Notes: a model not told the origin generated them from the sequence alone. DNA of 58,780 nt, filler included, from Sphacelaria rigidula (GCA_964200075.2; 8 parts of 8 records of this genome joined end to end with filler, not necessarily neighbours in it); one strand, 5' to 3'. Counted from the whole stretch's first letter, positions 25,888 through 37,989 are shown. Numbers and translations: made by a program.

Positions 25888-26070
25888 CACACCCTGGATA
25901 ATGACAGTATATGGTTAACAGTTGCAATAAACAAAAAATGTACCGCGTAAAGAATAGGTTTATTGCAACTGTGGTCGGTCGTCAATAGTTGCAATAGGCC
26001 CATTTTTTACCCAGTACATTTTTTGTCTATTGCAACTATTGGCAATATGTCGCCATTCATCCAGGGTGTG
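25888..26070. mobile_element. MITE with CACACCCTGGAT termini
   Basis: CACACCCTGGAT ... ATCCAGGGTGTG with long imperfect internal inverted repeats (AGTTGCAATA/TATTGCAACT). Confidence 0.7.
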
Positions 26071-26380
26071 ATAGATTTACATAACTGTCACGTCAGCTGC
26101 CGCACCCCGGTTGTCTATCTAATGACCTAATGGTCCAACTGACACGATGAGGATGGAGAGAACGCGGGTTCGATTCCCGCCATATCGCTTTTAGGAGTTT
26201 TGCTTTAAAGTATCTCATTTCTGTCGTGAAAAGCGCCACGACACGAGTATCCGGAAATAGTTGGTTTGACCGAGTTTGTTTGACAAGCATCGACTCGGTG
26301 CGGGAGTGCCGATAGTCATGATCCAGTCCGCGACATTAAACTGATCCGCTCCGGATCCAGCAGCCATGTCAGGGGGAGAT

Positions 26381-27680
26381 GGGGTACCTATTCGTTGCTC
26401 GGCTTCGTCATTTGCCTATTGGACACGCATCCCTCTTTAGAGGGAGCACCGTTCCACAGGCACCGTAGGTAAGGTAGGTACCCGGTACCGGTATTTGGGA
26501 CATCACATACAGTACCGATACCGGTCAAATCTGGTATTTTCAAAACTTATACCTACGATACCACGGTATTTCGAGATCTCAATACCTACCGTACCCGCTA
26601 AATCCGGTATTTTCAAAACTCATACCTATAATACCTACGATACCACGGTATTTCGAGGTTCCAATACCTACCCTACCGGCCCAATCCGGTATTTTCAAAA
26701 CTCATACCTACGATCCCTACGATACCAGGGTATTTCGAGTTTTGAATACCTACCGTACCGGCCCAATCCGGTATTTTGAAATGTCATACCTACCATGCCT
26801 ACGCATACCACGGTATGGGATACCCCGGTAAATACCGGCGGTACGCTCGGTACGGTACCTCACCTATGGTGCCTGTGAAAACTTCGGCTGCCCAACTTGC
26901 ACCCAGATCTGAAACGCTTCGCACTGCCGAATGACAGTTTTGAATTCGGTATAGAGGGTAAGGCAGGTACCCGGTACCGGTATTTGGGACATCACATACC
27001 GTACCGATACTGACCCAACCCGGTATTTTCGAAGCTCATACCTACAATACCTACGATACCACGGTATTTCGAGATTTCAATACCTACCGTACTTGCTAAC
27101 TCCGGTATTTTCGAAACTCATACCTACGATACGATACCACGGTATTTCGAGATTTCAATACCTACCCTACCCGCTCAATCCGGTATTTTCAAAACTCATA
27201 CCTACGACACCTACGATACCTACGATACCTACGATACCTACGATACCACGGTATTTCGAAATTTCAATACCTACCGTACCCGCTCAATCCGGTATTTTTA
27301 AAACTCATACCTACAATACCTACCGTACCGGCCCAATCCGGTATTTTGAAGTGTCATACCTACGATACCTACGCATACCACGGTAAATACCGGGGGTACG
27401 CTCGGTACGGTACCTTACCTACGGTGCCTGTGCACCGTTCCTACTCCTAGTAGAGACACCTCCAACATTAAAGCGATCCCTAAGTTTCTTCCACACATCA
27501 CCACACAAAAACTTTTCTACATATCTTATCCCCTTCTTGTTTCGCTGTCTGTGGCCACCCATCTATCGCCTAGCATACCAATCGTTTTGCTCACGACCAT
27601 CTAACGTATCAATTAATTTTATGCCACTTTCGTTTTACTTCCCACATATTCCCCCTATTAACGCGTTGCTCCGGCCCGAA
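26381..27680 (-). mobile_element. Longer family A LINE 3' fragment interrupted by the P-like element
   Basis: Removing 26455-27440 restores GGAGCACCGTTCCTACTCC; the minus strand gives a frameshifted C-terminal peptide like LGDR.WPQTAKQEGDKICRK..VWKK..NVGGVSTRSRNGAP. Confidence 0.7.
26455..27432. mobile_element. Composite non-autonomous TIR element with 8-bp TSD (P-superfamily-like CACAG ends)
   Basis: Perfect 22-bp TIR CACAGGCACCGTAGGTAAGGTA; TSD CACCGTTC at 26447-26454 and 27433-27440; an internal extra right end at 26877; TACCTACGA repeats. Confidence 0.85.
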
Positions 27681-28839
27681 AGGGAGGCGTGGTCAATGGT
27701 CAAACGACTACTGTAAGGCAAGCAACAAATGAGAACGCTCCCCCCCCACTAACGCGTCCCGTTCCTCCTTGTGCAGTTCACAATCCTTCCAATGTATGAG
27801 TTTTACTCTCTACTGCTTTTGCCCCGGGGGCAATGATTTGCATCTACTTCAAGCGTCGAACGAATAGCGATTCGTCTTCGTATTATTTTGCTCCTAGAGG
27901 AATTGATTTGTACCGTAAGAATCTATATCCTTTTCTTTTTTTTTCCCAGCATAGCACCCCAGGTACGAGCACACATCCCAGGCACGTAGGACAGCGTAGA
28001 GACTTCTTCGACCCGCGGCCAACTTTTATTTGTTTTGTTTACCCTCTTTGGAGCAATCAGACCTCGGAAAACGTAAATCCGGTGATTCGAACAGCGATGA
28101 TTCGTCTCACCCTTCATCTACTTCCACACGTATGACGGAGCAGAACACGCAAGCAGTGATACTAATTTTTTTTTCTAACTTGATTTTTATTTATTTTTAG
28201 TAGTCAGACTTTGAACCCCTACTTCCCTTCCTCGGGACGACTGCTGCACTGTGGTTTGTCTCAAGAAATCCATTTAGCCATGCATGTCACCCCGGTGTAC
28301 CGGCCAAGCGTTCGCCGTTTCAGAACAACACGTTCTGCAACGGCTCGGTGGGTGCGCTGGTGTATTGTGTCCATGTGCTTTACTCGGCCGGCAAGAGAGA
28401 GCCTGCTCCTTTTTTGGCTGCTGCTGCTGCTGCTGCGTTTGAATTTACCAAGAATGCTCTACGTACATGTGGGTTCGCCGCAGAACAATTCGATGGTGTG
28501 TTGAGTGGGGTAAATACCGAGGTATTTACTCTCCCGAAGTTAGCGTTGTAATAGTTTGATCTCCAAACTCTATCCAAAATATTCGTTAGCGTTGGGTACG
28601 ATCTCGTTCATTCCACCTGGGTGTTGGCGGGTACGATCTCAGTATTCTATCCAAAATTTGGGTGATTCGGGGACAATTTTCCAAAATACCCCAAAATGTA
28701 GAATATAGCGTACCCGACACACACACCCTTGGAACCAATTGTTCGACGATTTAGGAATCCTGCCACGTGTTTCGCGTCATGTGTGTTCAAGAACGAGACT
28801 CGATATTGCTCCAGAAGCTGAGAGTCATCCTACGACAGT

Positions 28840-29282
28840 GGGGGGGGGGGGGGGGGGAGGAGCGTACCCATTCGTTGCTTGCCTTAGTTGTTTGACCATT
28901 GTCCACGCATCCCTTGCGAGACGGAGCACCGTTCCTACTCCTACTATAGATACCTCCAGCATTCTGGCGCCCATCTCGTTACTTCCATACATTACACAGA
29001 AACATTTTTGCACATCTTGTCCCCTTTCTGAATCGCCGTCTCCTAAGGGGGGGGTTGTACGCATGACCGAGCCGGGACGGAGCACGCCGGGTTTTTTGCC
29101 GGACCAGGCTCGCACTCAATCACCAAGCGCCAAGCGCCGTGGTATGTTCGGCGATTCGCATGAAAGGTGAGCCGCATCCAGCTAAGATTCTTCGGCCCGA
29201 AGCGTACCGACCATCTTACATTTTGGATGGCAACCTACAACGAGTTGCTTTATTTTCTAGTATTACCAGTTCGAGAGACAGT
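28840..29282 (-). mobile_element. Family A (28840-29020) and family B (29070-29282) LINE 3' fragments
   Basis: Long G-run then CGTACCCATTCGTTGCTTGCC...; family B body follows. Confidence 0.75.
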
Positions 29283-29456
29283 CATATATTTGGGGGAGGG
29301 GGGGGGCGGGCGGGGAGAACGCATGGGTTGCATGGATTAGACGNNNNNNNNNNNNNNNNNNNNNNNNNNNNNNNNNNNNNNNNNNNNTTAATTAATTAAN
29401 NNNNNNNNNNNNNNNNNNNNNNNNNNNNNNNNNNNNNNNNNNNCCCCCATCAGACT

Positions 29457-29522
29457 TGCTCCGTCTCGAAAGGGATGCGTGGTCAATGGTCAAATGACTA
29501 AGGCAAGCAACAAATGAGTACG
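29457..29522 (+). mobile_element. 66-nt family A LINE-end insertion with 13-bp TSD
   Basis: Flanked by CCCCCATCAGACT at 29444-29456 and 29523-29535. Confidence 0.88.
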
Positions 29523-31951
29523 CCCCCATCAGACTAGCAAGAGAGGTGTACCACATCAACAGTACACGTTTTAACCTAATATCAGTAGTACATTAGTTCG
29601 TGATATGATGACGTCCCTCCAGGGCCACCAGTATGCAAAATCCGTGCATTTGCGCATGCGATCAACCCGTGTTGGAGGAACACTTGACCTAAAACTTTGG
29701 TATGCATGGTGAATTCTGAACACACATACATGCGGTACATACTCGTCTCTAGGAACTTGATCCAACACGAAGGAAACCCCAAACAACGCCATTTTTTTAT
29801 ACCCTTGTCATGCGATGCCCAACGGGAACATTTTTTTTCAAACGCCCGACACTATCCTGTTGTTGAGCGTGACGACAATGAACACCAACGTACAAATTTG
29901 AAGAACGGGGAGAAGGGTGCCCTCAACTTGTTCGACAGCTACCCCCAAGTCATGCTAGGACGGGGGGGGTGGGGGGATCTGTTCGATTCCACGAAAAATA
30001 TATGCTCGTAGGTGCGTCAGATGATCTACCACACGCGCGGTGCGCTTGTATTTGGGTAAAAGCGGTGTCAAGCAGTATGAAGGAGCATTATTTATCGGGA
30101 ACAATCGCGCCTTAGAACAACCGTTCTGCTTTCAACGACTTGAGTAGAATTTCGTGGAGGGAAACGGCCCAAAATACCCTCCCGCCCCCCTTGCCCTGAT
30201 CATAGCATGACTCCCCTCACCATAAACAAAAACGTTTTTTAGACTGCGATGTAAGGGACTCTGCCGACCTGTGCGTGGCTGCCCACATCTAGACTAACTG
30301 CAAGATGCCCTCAATATGTAACGAGTGCGTATATTTTCGTGGAGATGCCATAATCCACAATCTTCAGCTAGCATGGCATCAATACTTCGTGCGCTCTCTC
30401 CCGCAATAACGGGACACATGCACAGACTTCATGTTTGTATGTACATGGTGTAAGTGGGGATGCCGGCCTGCCTTTTACCACGGCGATTGTCTTCGGTACG
30501 TTCACCGAAGTACAGTAGTCGCCTATTATCTGCCAAACTATTCAACCGGCCATGGTATCGACACCCGTCCTGTACCCCCTCCACTTCACAGTACCGCCCG
30601 CGATCAATACTTGAAAGTGTCAACAGCTGACATAACGAACACTCGTCGAATATCTCCTGGAATGATGCCGAACTTTTGAGACCACCCCCTTTTGCTTTCT
30701 GTTCTCGTTGGCTGTACGATGATATGTAAAACGTATATTGGTAAAATCTCTTTTTTTTGGGACACACACACGTCCTACTGTGATGACAGACGAAACTCAG
30801 ACCACTTCACGTGCCGGTAACATGGACCACCCAGCGGTTCTGTTTGACATGAAGTTGTGGGCGCGGTCTAACTGGTGGTTTTGTGGCATTTAGTGACTTT
30901 TTCGTAAGGGGCGATATTCTCGTGCTCTTTTCGCTTGCCACCGTTCATCACATTGGGGATCTAAAGATATTCGTATCCGCTCCACGTTCCAAGGGAAAAA
31001 TCATCTATACTCAATGTTGAGGTGACTCACGGGCTGACCGGTCATCCGGGGTCCTTTCACGTTTCAGCCCAGATCCTTACTCTTCGGTATTCTAGGTCGA
31101 TCGAGCCTGTGCCGATCATATTTGTGGAGAAATACACAGTTTTGTTTTTTTGAAAGTTCATCTTTTCATCGCACTAGAGCCGAAAAACTGTGTTTCACGG
31201 TCAATAACACCCTCCTGATAAACGGGGTATTTACTCTTATCGCCCGACAACATCAAGTAGCATTGACTTGGGCAGCACTGTGTCTCGAGGATGATCTGTT
31301 TATTTAACCAAAATCTACCGACGCTAGCTATTTCGAGTTCTATCGAAGAGCAGTACGCGAGGAAAACCCCAAAACACCCCTGAATAGTTAGACCGCCCAC
31401 TCCTGTACACAGCAATACCATACACATGCTGCTCCAATACGGTGTAATGACGCAGTAAGGCACACCAATCCGACTCAGAGTGAGACGAAACTTGCAGGAG
31501 GTCGTGCCATGCCACCAACATGGTTCACCCCGAGGGATTCCCGACCGCACGGCGCCTATGCTACGGGCCGAGAACATGCCATTCCAACAATTACCCGACG
31601 GCCACTGAGCAATGCTACGGTAGGGGTTGCACTTTTTGTTTCTGGTCTCTTTTTTGCAGGAGCCCAAATATATCGAGCTTACTGGGCAACCCACATCTCC
31701 GAGGACTGGACTCCCAGAAACATGATGATTGCACGCAGGGGCCTTGTCGTGAATCGGCATCATTTTCAGTATTTTGCAAGGAAAAATGATGCCGACTCCC
31801 GAAATGATTCATCCAACATCCCGAGCAACCCCGAGAAACGTTTTCGCTTTGAAAAAGTGCAACCTACTGTAGCATTGCTCTACTCTGGGATTATTTTCGC
31901 CTCCGACCGCCTCTCAAAGGCAGTCTGGTTGAACTGCACCAACACGCTCGC

Positions 31952-32365
31952 GGCCTTATTGCCATACCCCCATACATCGAGTGCCCGAAGAATTGTGGCA
32001 AGGTGGTCGGATCACCAGGATGGTGAGTCTTTGACGTGCGCAGTGTGCGGTATGTGTGGCTTGAACTGAACGGGCTGTGTCAAGGCAAGAGTCATCCGGT
32101 GGCGGAGATGATCCCTTGCAAGGACGCACGGGGGGTCGAGTTCACATCGAATGAAGTCTCTGAGTCATCCGATGTGAACTCGGTCTCCCTCGCGTCCTAG
32201 CAAGGAATCATCTCTGCCACAGGATGACTCTTCGCTTCACACAGTCCGTCCAGCGCGCCCCATGCACACCGCGCACTGCGCAGGTTAAAGACCCACCATC
32301 TCGGCCACCTGACTACCGTGCCACAGTTCTTCGGGTGCTTGATATGTTGGTGTGGCGCTGGGGCC
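31952..32365. ncRNA. Long imperfect hairpin, candidate miRNA/siRNA precursor
   Basis: Arms 31976-32154 and 32165-32343 (179 nt each) pair without gaps around a 10-nt loop; a weaker basal stem extends to 31952/32365. Confidence 0.5.
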
Positions 32366-32693
32366 TTCGGGCGCTTCCGTCGAACTGTTGACAGGGTGAT
32401 CTCGTTTTTACTCGGGCGCCGCCACCACGCGCGTGGCAGAATCTGCCCTTTTTTTCTTCTTGCTCCTTACCCTACAGTTCGCCGATTAGGCGGGGAGGAG
32501 GGGGGGGACACCGGTGTGAGTGGAAAGAGGTTCATCACAGAACTGCGTGAGACCGCGACCCAACGCTTTCCCAGAACAGGCAATATACAGTTAATCGAGC
32601 GCACATGTGTATACACGTTAGATATTCGGGCAATAAATACAAGACAGAACACGCAATTGCCTCAGCGGGCCCAGCTCACACTCGGACACAACT

Positions 32694-35600
32694 TCACCCG
32701 ACCAGCATCGGAGTAATCTTCGTCAACTCACACACCAGCTGCGCGCGTAATGCATCGCGTTCGACTGGCAATAAAATAACCTTTGATTCACTCGCCAGAT
32801 ACGCGCTCGATGATGGACAGTGGATGTCACCCAGCACGAGTGTACTACGGATACAAATGCTAATACCCCAGCAGTTTCTCGGGGATAAGTGCCACAAAAC
32901 TAACACGGGTGCGTACAGTAAATATTACACGCGCGGCTGCTGTCCATCGGCCGCTGCCTCACTGCCGCCGCCTACGGGGAAGAGGGCGATTTCTTTCCGG
33001 TCCAGGTGTCTTCTGGACCGGAAATATATCGCTCACGTTCCCACAGGCGGCGGCAGTGAGGAAGCGGTCTATGGACAGCAGCCGCGCGGGTACAATCCGT
33101 TGTCCTCACCCTTGTTCGTCGACGATGGCGGCCCTCGCTGCTGAAACGAAAACAAGATAGCTGGGAACAGATGAGAGAATTGGACATGCTCAGTGAACTC
33201 CACCAGGGACGGCAGGCGGCGGCGCATGGTAAACTCGTTCAACAAGGGCACTCCTCCACGCACCTCCACCCGACCTGCATCGACCCAATCTTCGTCAACT
33301 CACGCACCAGCTGCGCGCGTAATGTATCGCGTTCGATTGTCAGTTTGATGACGTTTCGTTCGCTCGCCAGAGACGTCCATCGATCTTGAACGAATCCACC
33401 ACCAATAACAACAATAACAACAACAGCAACGATAGTAACGCCCGATTTTCAAGGCCGGCAATTCTGTGCGACACAAGAAACCGTCTCGACCTCGCATCGT
33501 TGACGAGAAAAGCAAACTGAAGAATGAAAAAGACTGTTGCAGATCTTTCCTCAGCGTAGTCAACGCGACAGGCTTTTGAATTTTTTCCGAGATGTGCGTG
33601 CGTGCGTGTGTGTGTGTGTGTGTGTGTGTTACACCTGCTTCTCGTTGGTGGTTGTGTAGTTCTCAAGGTTATCTTTTGGAGCTTGTGCCAAGCATGTGTC
33701 TGCTCCGACCCACAAGACACGCTGATCTGATCTGCGGTCGGGGGGCGGGGGGCACGAAGATCGACATGCCAGCTGCGGCACCCACTACGCCCGCGGTACC
33801 GAGCGTGATCTTCGCGACGTCGTCGATAAGAGTGTTGTGAGTTTTGGGGTCTAAGTTCCCGACGATCGTCGTCTGTATTCCGTGACGCGATAGTAGGTCC
33901 TCGTCGATAATGGCCTGGTGGTGCGCACCGGAAATGGTGCCGGTGCCGACGGCATTCATCGCATGGTATAATCCGGATGGGCAGTCGGACCGCATGACAC
34001 CCGGTTCACCATCATCGTGGGTCTGCCAAGAGTCGATGGCGGCTCCACTCTTGACTTTCCTGGCATCGGCTATTCCGACCTCCAGCTACTTCAATTTATC
34101 CGGCGCGCCCGGATCATGAATGGTGATGTATATCTGAAACGGCCCGTTCTCGCCGTCACAGTGTCGCCGACCGAACTTTGTGTCCTGCCTGACGCGCTGC
34201 TTGAGGAACCGGCACGTGGTCGACGGCCTTTCCGGCACGACTTCGCCAGTGGTTCCAGACACGGGACCGGCGATGTGAAGTCGTCGGTGACGACGATGCA
34301 GTTGTGCAATGTTGACGGACCACTAGGTTCCCTCTGCCAGACCTGTTTCCCACCGGTTCCGACTTCGTTGAGCGTTGCGGCCTCTTACGCGAAGAGACAC
34401 TGATCGTACGAGAACCGGCCGGTGGCGATATGGCCCTCGCCGAAGAGGCGCGAAACTGTTATCTTCGCGTACTCGGGGTCCAGGAGCCGGTAGTCGTGTC
34501 GAATATTCCTCCTTTCCCGCTCTGGCGCGATGGACCGTTGTCGTATGGCAAAGGAAGGGAAACATGAAGCATGTGAGATAGAGAGTGATGACGATGAGAA
34601 TATTGTCGGGTTGAAACTGTAGGCACACATTGTGATTCTTGTGCTTCTGTCTCACCCGGGTAGAGCTGAGCTGGTGAGTACGAACACACGTTCCGACACA
34701 CGGATGGTCTCTGTTGCATGACCGAAAGAGCTCTTGACCGTACTCGCCTTCTCTTCCTCATACCTTTTCCCTTTCTTCTCCTTTTCCGTCGCCCCCACGT
34801 CGCCGTCGACATCTTCATCGGTGCCGTTATGCCGTTTTACGACCTCCCCGCTCCTGAAGGTCGGGAGGTCAGCCTGTACCCTGATTTTGCAACAAAAATA
34901 ATAGTGATGTGCTTACATCGAGTGTAAGGCAGATGTGCCGAACACTCGTGTAAGAGTCGCCCAGATTTTCATGCTTCCTCTCCGTTCCAGTGACTTGCAA
35001 GCGCCTAGCTGTCTTCGGTGCTAGTAAAGGATATCTGTACAAAAGTGTGGCTAGGTGTCAGGATTAGGGTTAAGGTTAGTTGACGAGATCTGTAACAATA
35101 TACCCTTTTTTATTTTGGCAGTAGGAGAATTAAGCGAGGCAGTGAGTGACGGGAGGTTGGCAGTGATGCTTGCTTGAAAAATACTCCCAACACTCGAAAC
35201 CCCGTTGGGTGACATTTTTTTTTTTCGGCCGGGAATTCGCAACGAATTCAGATCAATGACAACAAGCGCGGGCTCAATGGGCAGTTTTACAAAGAGCAAT
35301 CATCTGTTCGAACCCCGCGCTTTGGTTGTTTGTATGCAAATGGATGACTGCCAAGGGAAGACTGGAAGTGTCTAACCTCCAGATATTTGAAGAGGACCCG
35401 TCTCCTCACAGACCTGGTAGCCCCGGGCCCAGACGCGGCCACAGTCGACCGTATCAAGGCCGTAAGTTGCCGCGCGAGAGCGTCACGAAGGCGCGCAAGA
35501 CACGTCTACATTTGACGTTACATGACGAGAACACCACCTTATGAATGGTAGCTTCATGGCCGTCCCTGTTTCCGAGGACGCGTTGAAGCGTCAAGCCGTT

Positions 35601-36240
35601 TACATCATAGGGTTCCGGTCAAGACCGGAGGGTGCGGGTAACGAAGGAATCGAACCAGACGTGATGGGACATTCTTTAGGGGGCGGGCTAGTGTTATTGC
35701 GTATTGGTAAAAGCGACCAATCTGTTGATCACTACACGTTCGTAGTTCACCGAAACTCACTGAATACGGAGGCATGGTGGCATCTTTGTCGAGTTCACAC
35801 CGGTATGAAGAGTTGCTGGGGGTCGTGGCACGTACTACTTGTCTCGTCTCGATGTTTCGAGGTGGCGAGTGGTGGCCATTGATTGTTGTAGGGAGGAGAA
35901 GAGGAAGAAGCGGGAATGAACTAGACACAGCTTGCTCGCGGGTGTAGTGGACAGAGAGCAAAATCGAGCACAAAAGGCGCGTTACTATCGGTCGTTGTGT
36001 CATCGTTGAGCTCTCCTAGATGAGGCGAAACGAATGAAGAAAATCTATGGTAGAAGGAGAAGATAGCACCACTTTTGTGGTCAGTACGGATAGTGATTGT
36101 AACTCCCAAGCCCGATCGTACCCCATGCAATTGACAAGCCGGCAACATATCGAGGCCTCCCAGTGTGCACTCACCTGCATGACGTCTTGGGGGATACGTT
36201 GAGAGTCTTTCGTGAACTTCTCCAGCACGGGCTACGATGT
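32694..36240 (-). pseudogene. Decayed multi-exon gene of unknown product
   Basis: Exon-like segments with plausible splice sites: VLEKFTKDSQRIPQDVMQ|GTGAGT; ...TEKEKKGKRYEEEK...LPG|GTGAGA; HDYRLLDPEYAKITVSRLFGEGH...; GLYHAMNAVG...; duplicated LASExxVIxLxxERDxLRAQLVxELTKI; stops and frameshifts present. Confidence 0.4.
32930..33088. ncRNA. Imperfect hairpin, candidate miRNA precursor
   Basis: Arms 32930-33005 and 33013-33088 (76 nt each) pair without gaps, 7-nt loop, about 11 differences. Confidence 0.5.
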
Positions 36241-36547
36241 TTTCACCAAACTATGCCACGTGAGGTGACGAATCGTTCTGGTGTGAGCATATAATCATAC
36301 GCCAGATGGATGCATGCACGCGTTTCGAATTCGAGAGAAGCGAGTGTTTCGGCTCATCGTCCATGTGATTTGACGGCCCGGCACGTAGACACCGGCGATT
36401 CAGTCAAGTACCCACTATTCACCCTGGGGTAGAGATGACGTGAGGTTACCCGTCGTGCAATATTCGACTTATTGGAGATCGGCAGTCGTGGTGTTTAAAC
36501 TGGCGCCTGAGCCCGTGTTTGTTGGTTCCCTACAATACGCTGGTGTG

Positions 36548-36703
36548 GCACCCATGAGGCAGCGTATAAGCCGTGGCTGTCTCAGGAAGTGGCGATTCCA
36601 GAAAATAAAGCAACTCATTGAAGGCTGTCATCCAAATGCAACATAAATCAGTAGGCTTCGGCCGAGCAATCTTGACAGGATGCAGCTCACCCTTCATGCG
36701 ACT
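36548..36703 (+). mobile_element. LINE-derived family B fragment at the contig end
   Basis: CACCCATGAGGCAGCG...GGATGCAGCTCACCCTTCATGCGACT matches 4762-4917. Confidence 0.75.
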
Positions 36704-36829
36704 NNNNNNNNNNNNNNNNNNNNNNNNNNNNNNNNNNNNNNNNNNNNTTAATTAATTAANNNNNNNNNNNNNNNNNNNNNNNNNNNNNNNNNNNNNNNNN
36801 NNNCGCGGGTTGATTCGAGGAGTTCGGCA

Positions 36830-37940
36830 TTGCTGCCGCCAGCATAGAAGAATCACGGCTATGTGATCTGCTCGCGGTTACTTTCCTCGCCAGTCTATTG
36901 GCATACATGTTACGGAGGGTACTTTCAATATCCCCGATGCTCAGTCTGGGTCTCGTTCTGCGTTATATTATTCACTTGGTCATACTCGCTGGTTAGACCC
37001 TCGACTATGAAATCAGTGAGTCTTTCGTCGGAGATAGGCTCGCCAATGTGCACGAGTTCGTCCCGGAGCTGGAATAGTTTTGCCAAAAAAACATCCGGGT
37101 CTTGTCCTGGTGACATAGTCATGTTGTCCAGCTGTCGCATCAGTATGCGACGTCTTTGCGTAGATGAATCTTGATACTTGGCTACCAGTCCTTCCCACGC
37201 ATTTTTGCCGTTTGGTTTCTCTGAACCCTTCGGCTGAAAACGTAAGAGGTAACTTGCCGCTGAGCCAGTTGTCGATCAGTACAAAACGTTGAACAACTGT
37301 TTGTTATATCGGTCCCAGTTTTGTATCTCACGCGTGTTCAAGATTTGTCTCACATTTGAGTCCACGCTGGGATGATCAGACACTTCTTGAACAGGAGGTT
37401 GGGCTTGGTCATCGGCAGCTTCAGTGTCACCCGCCGCTGCTGTCGTCTCGCTCCTCGCGGTTGCTTCCGCCGATGGTTACGGCGAACGAGCGGGTGGCTG
37501 CTGATGGCTTCTGGAACGGGTCGCAATGGGGCTTCATCTTGATGTCGATCTGGCAGCTGGTTGTGGGTGATCTACCTCAGAAAAATCTTCATCATGAATT
37601 TCCGGGGGGCGTTCAACCCCGTTGAGGATATCAGATATCGCTGGATGAGTCAAGGAAATATCAGATATCGCTGGATGAGTCAAGGAAACTATCGCGCGTG
37701 TAGAGCGCGTCCACTCGACGAATTTCGTACCGTCGAACTTGTTTATACTCCTGATGAGTTGAGTTACAGATGGCTCTCTCGATGTATTCATCTGCCTCAA
37801 GTTTTATTTGTAAAACTTTCTGTTCACACCGGCCAATCCTCTGGAAGGATCTGATTTCTTGGTCTTCTGATTGATGCTGCTGAGACGACCTTGAAGTGAC
37901 GTCCCCTCGCTCGTGCTGACCGTCGTAGTCTTGACTCAAA
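36830..37940 (-). pseudogene. Ty1/Copia gag remnant
   Basis: KFDGTKFVEW...; NKQLFNVLY*STTGSAASYL...GKNAWEGLVAKYQ...MRQLDNMTMSPGQDPDVFLAKLFQLRDELVHIGEPISDERLTDFIVEGLTSEY (Copia gag/UBN2-like); stop and frameshifts. Confidence 0.85.
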
Positions 37941-37978
37941 GGCCGATGACCTGGAGGACTACGTGGTCGCGAATCGAA

Positions 37979-37989
37979 GGCTCAAAACC
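37979..37989 (-). promoter_or_regulatory. Copia primer-binding site
   Basis: GGTTTTGAGCC directly after the LTR terminal CA, resembling the GGTTATG(G/A)GCC tRNA-iMet half-molecule PBS of copia-type elements. Confidence 0.65.

Noticed and set aside
26105-26190. tRNA gene (GGTTCGATTCCC T-loop)
   Set aside because: Only the T arm is recognisable and no cloverleaf forms; at most a decayed tRNA or SINE head
26520-27390. Repeated ATCCGGTATTTTCAAAACTCATACCTAC units as a CRISPR array
   Set aside because: The intervening segments are themselves repeats rather than unique spacers, there are no cas genes, and the units lie inside a TIR/TSD-bounded element
35060-35080. Telomeric repeat (TTAGGGTTAAGGTTAG; similar near 8470, 46760, 54168)
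   Set aside because: Only two or three degenerate units at internal positions, probably parts of dispersed repeats
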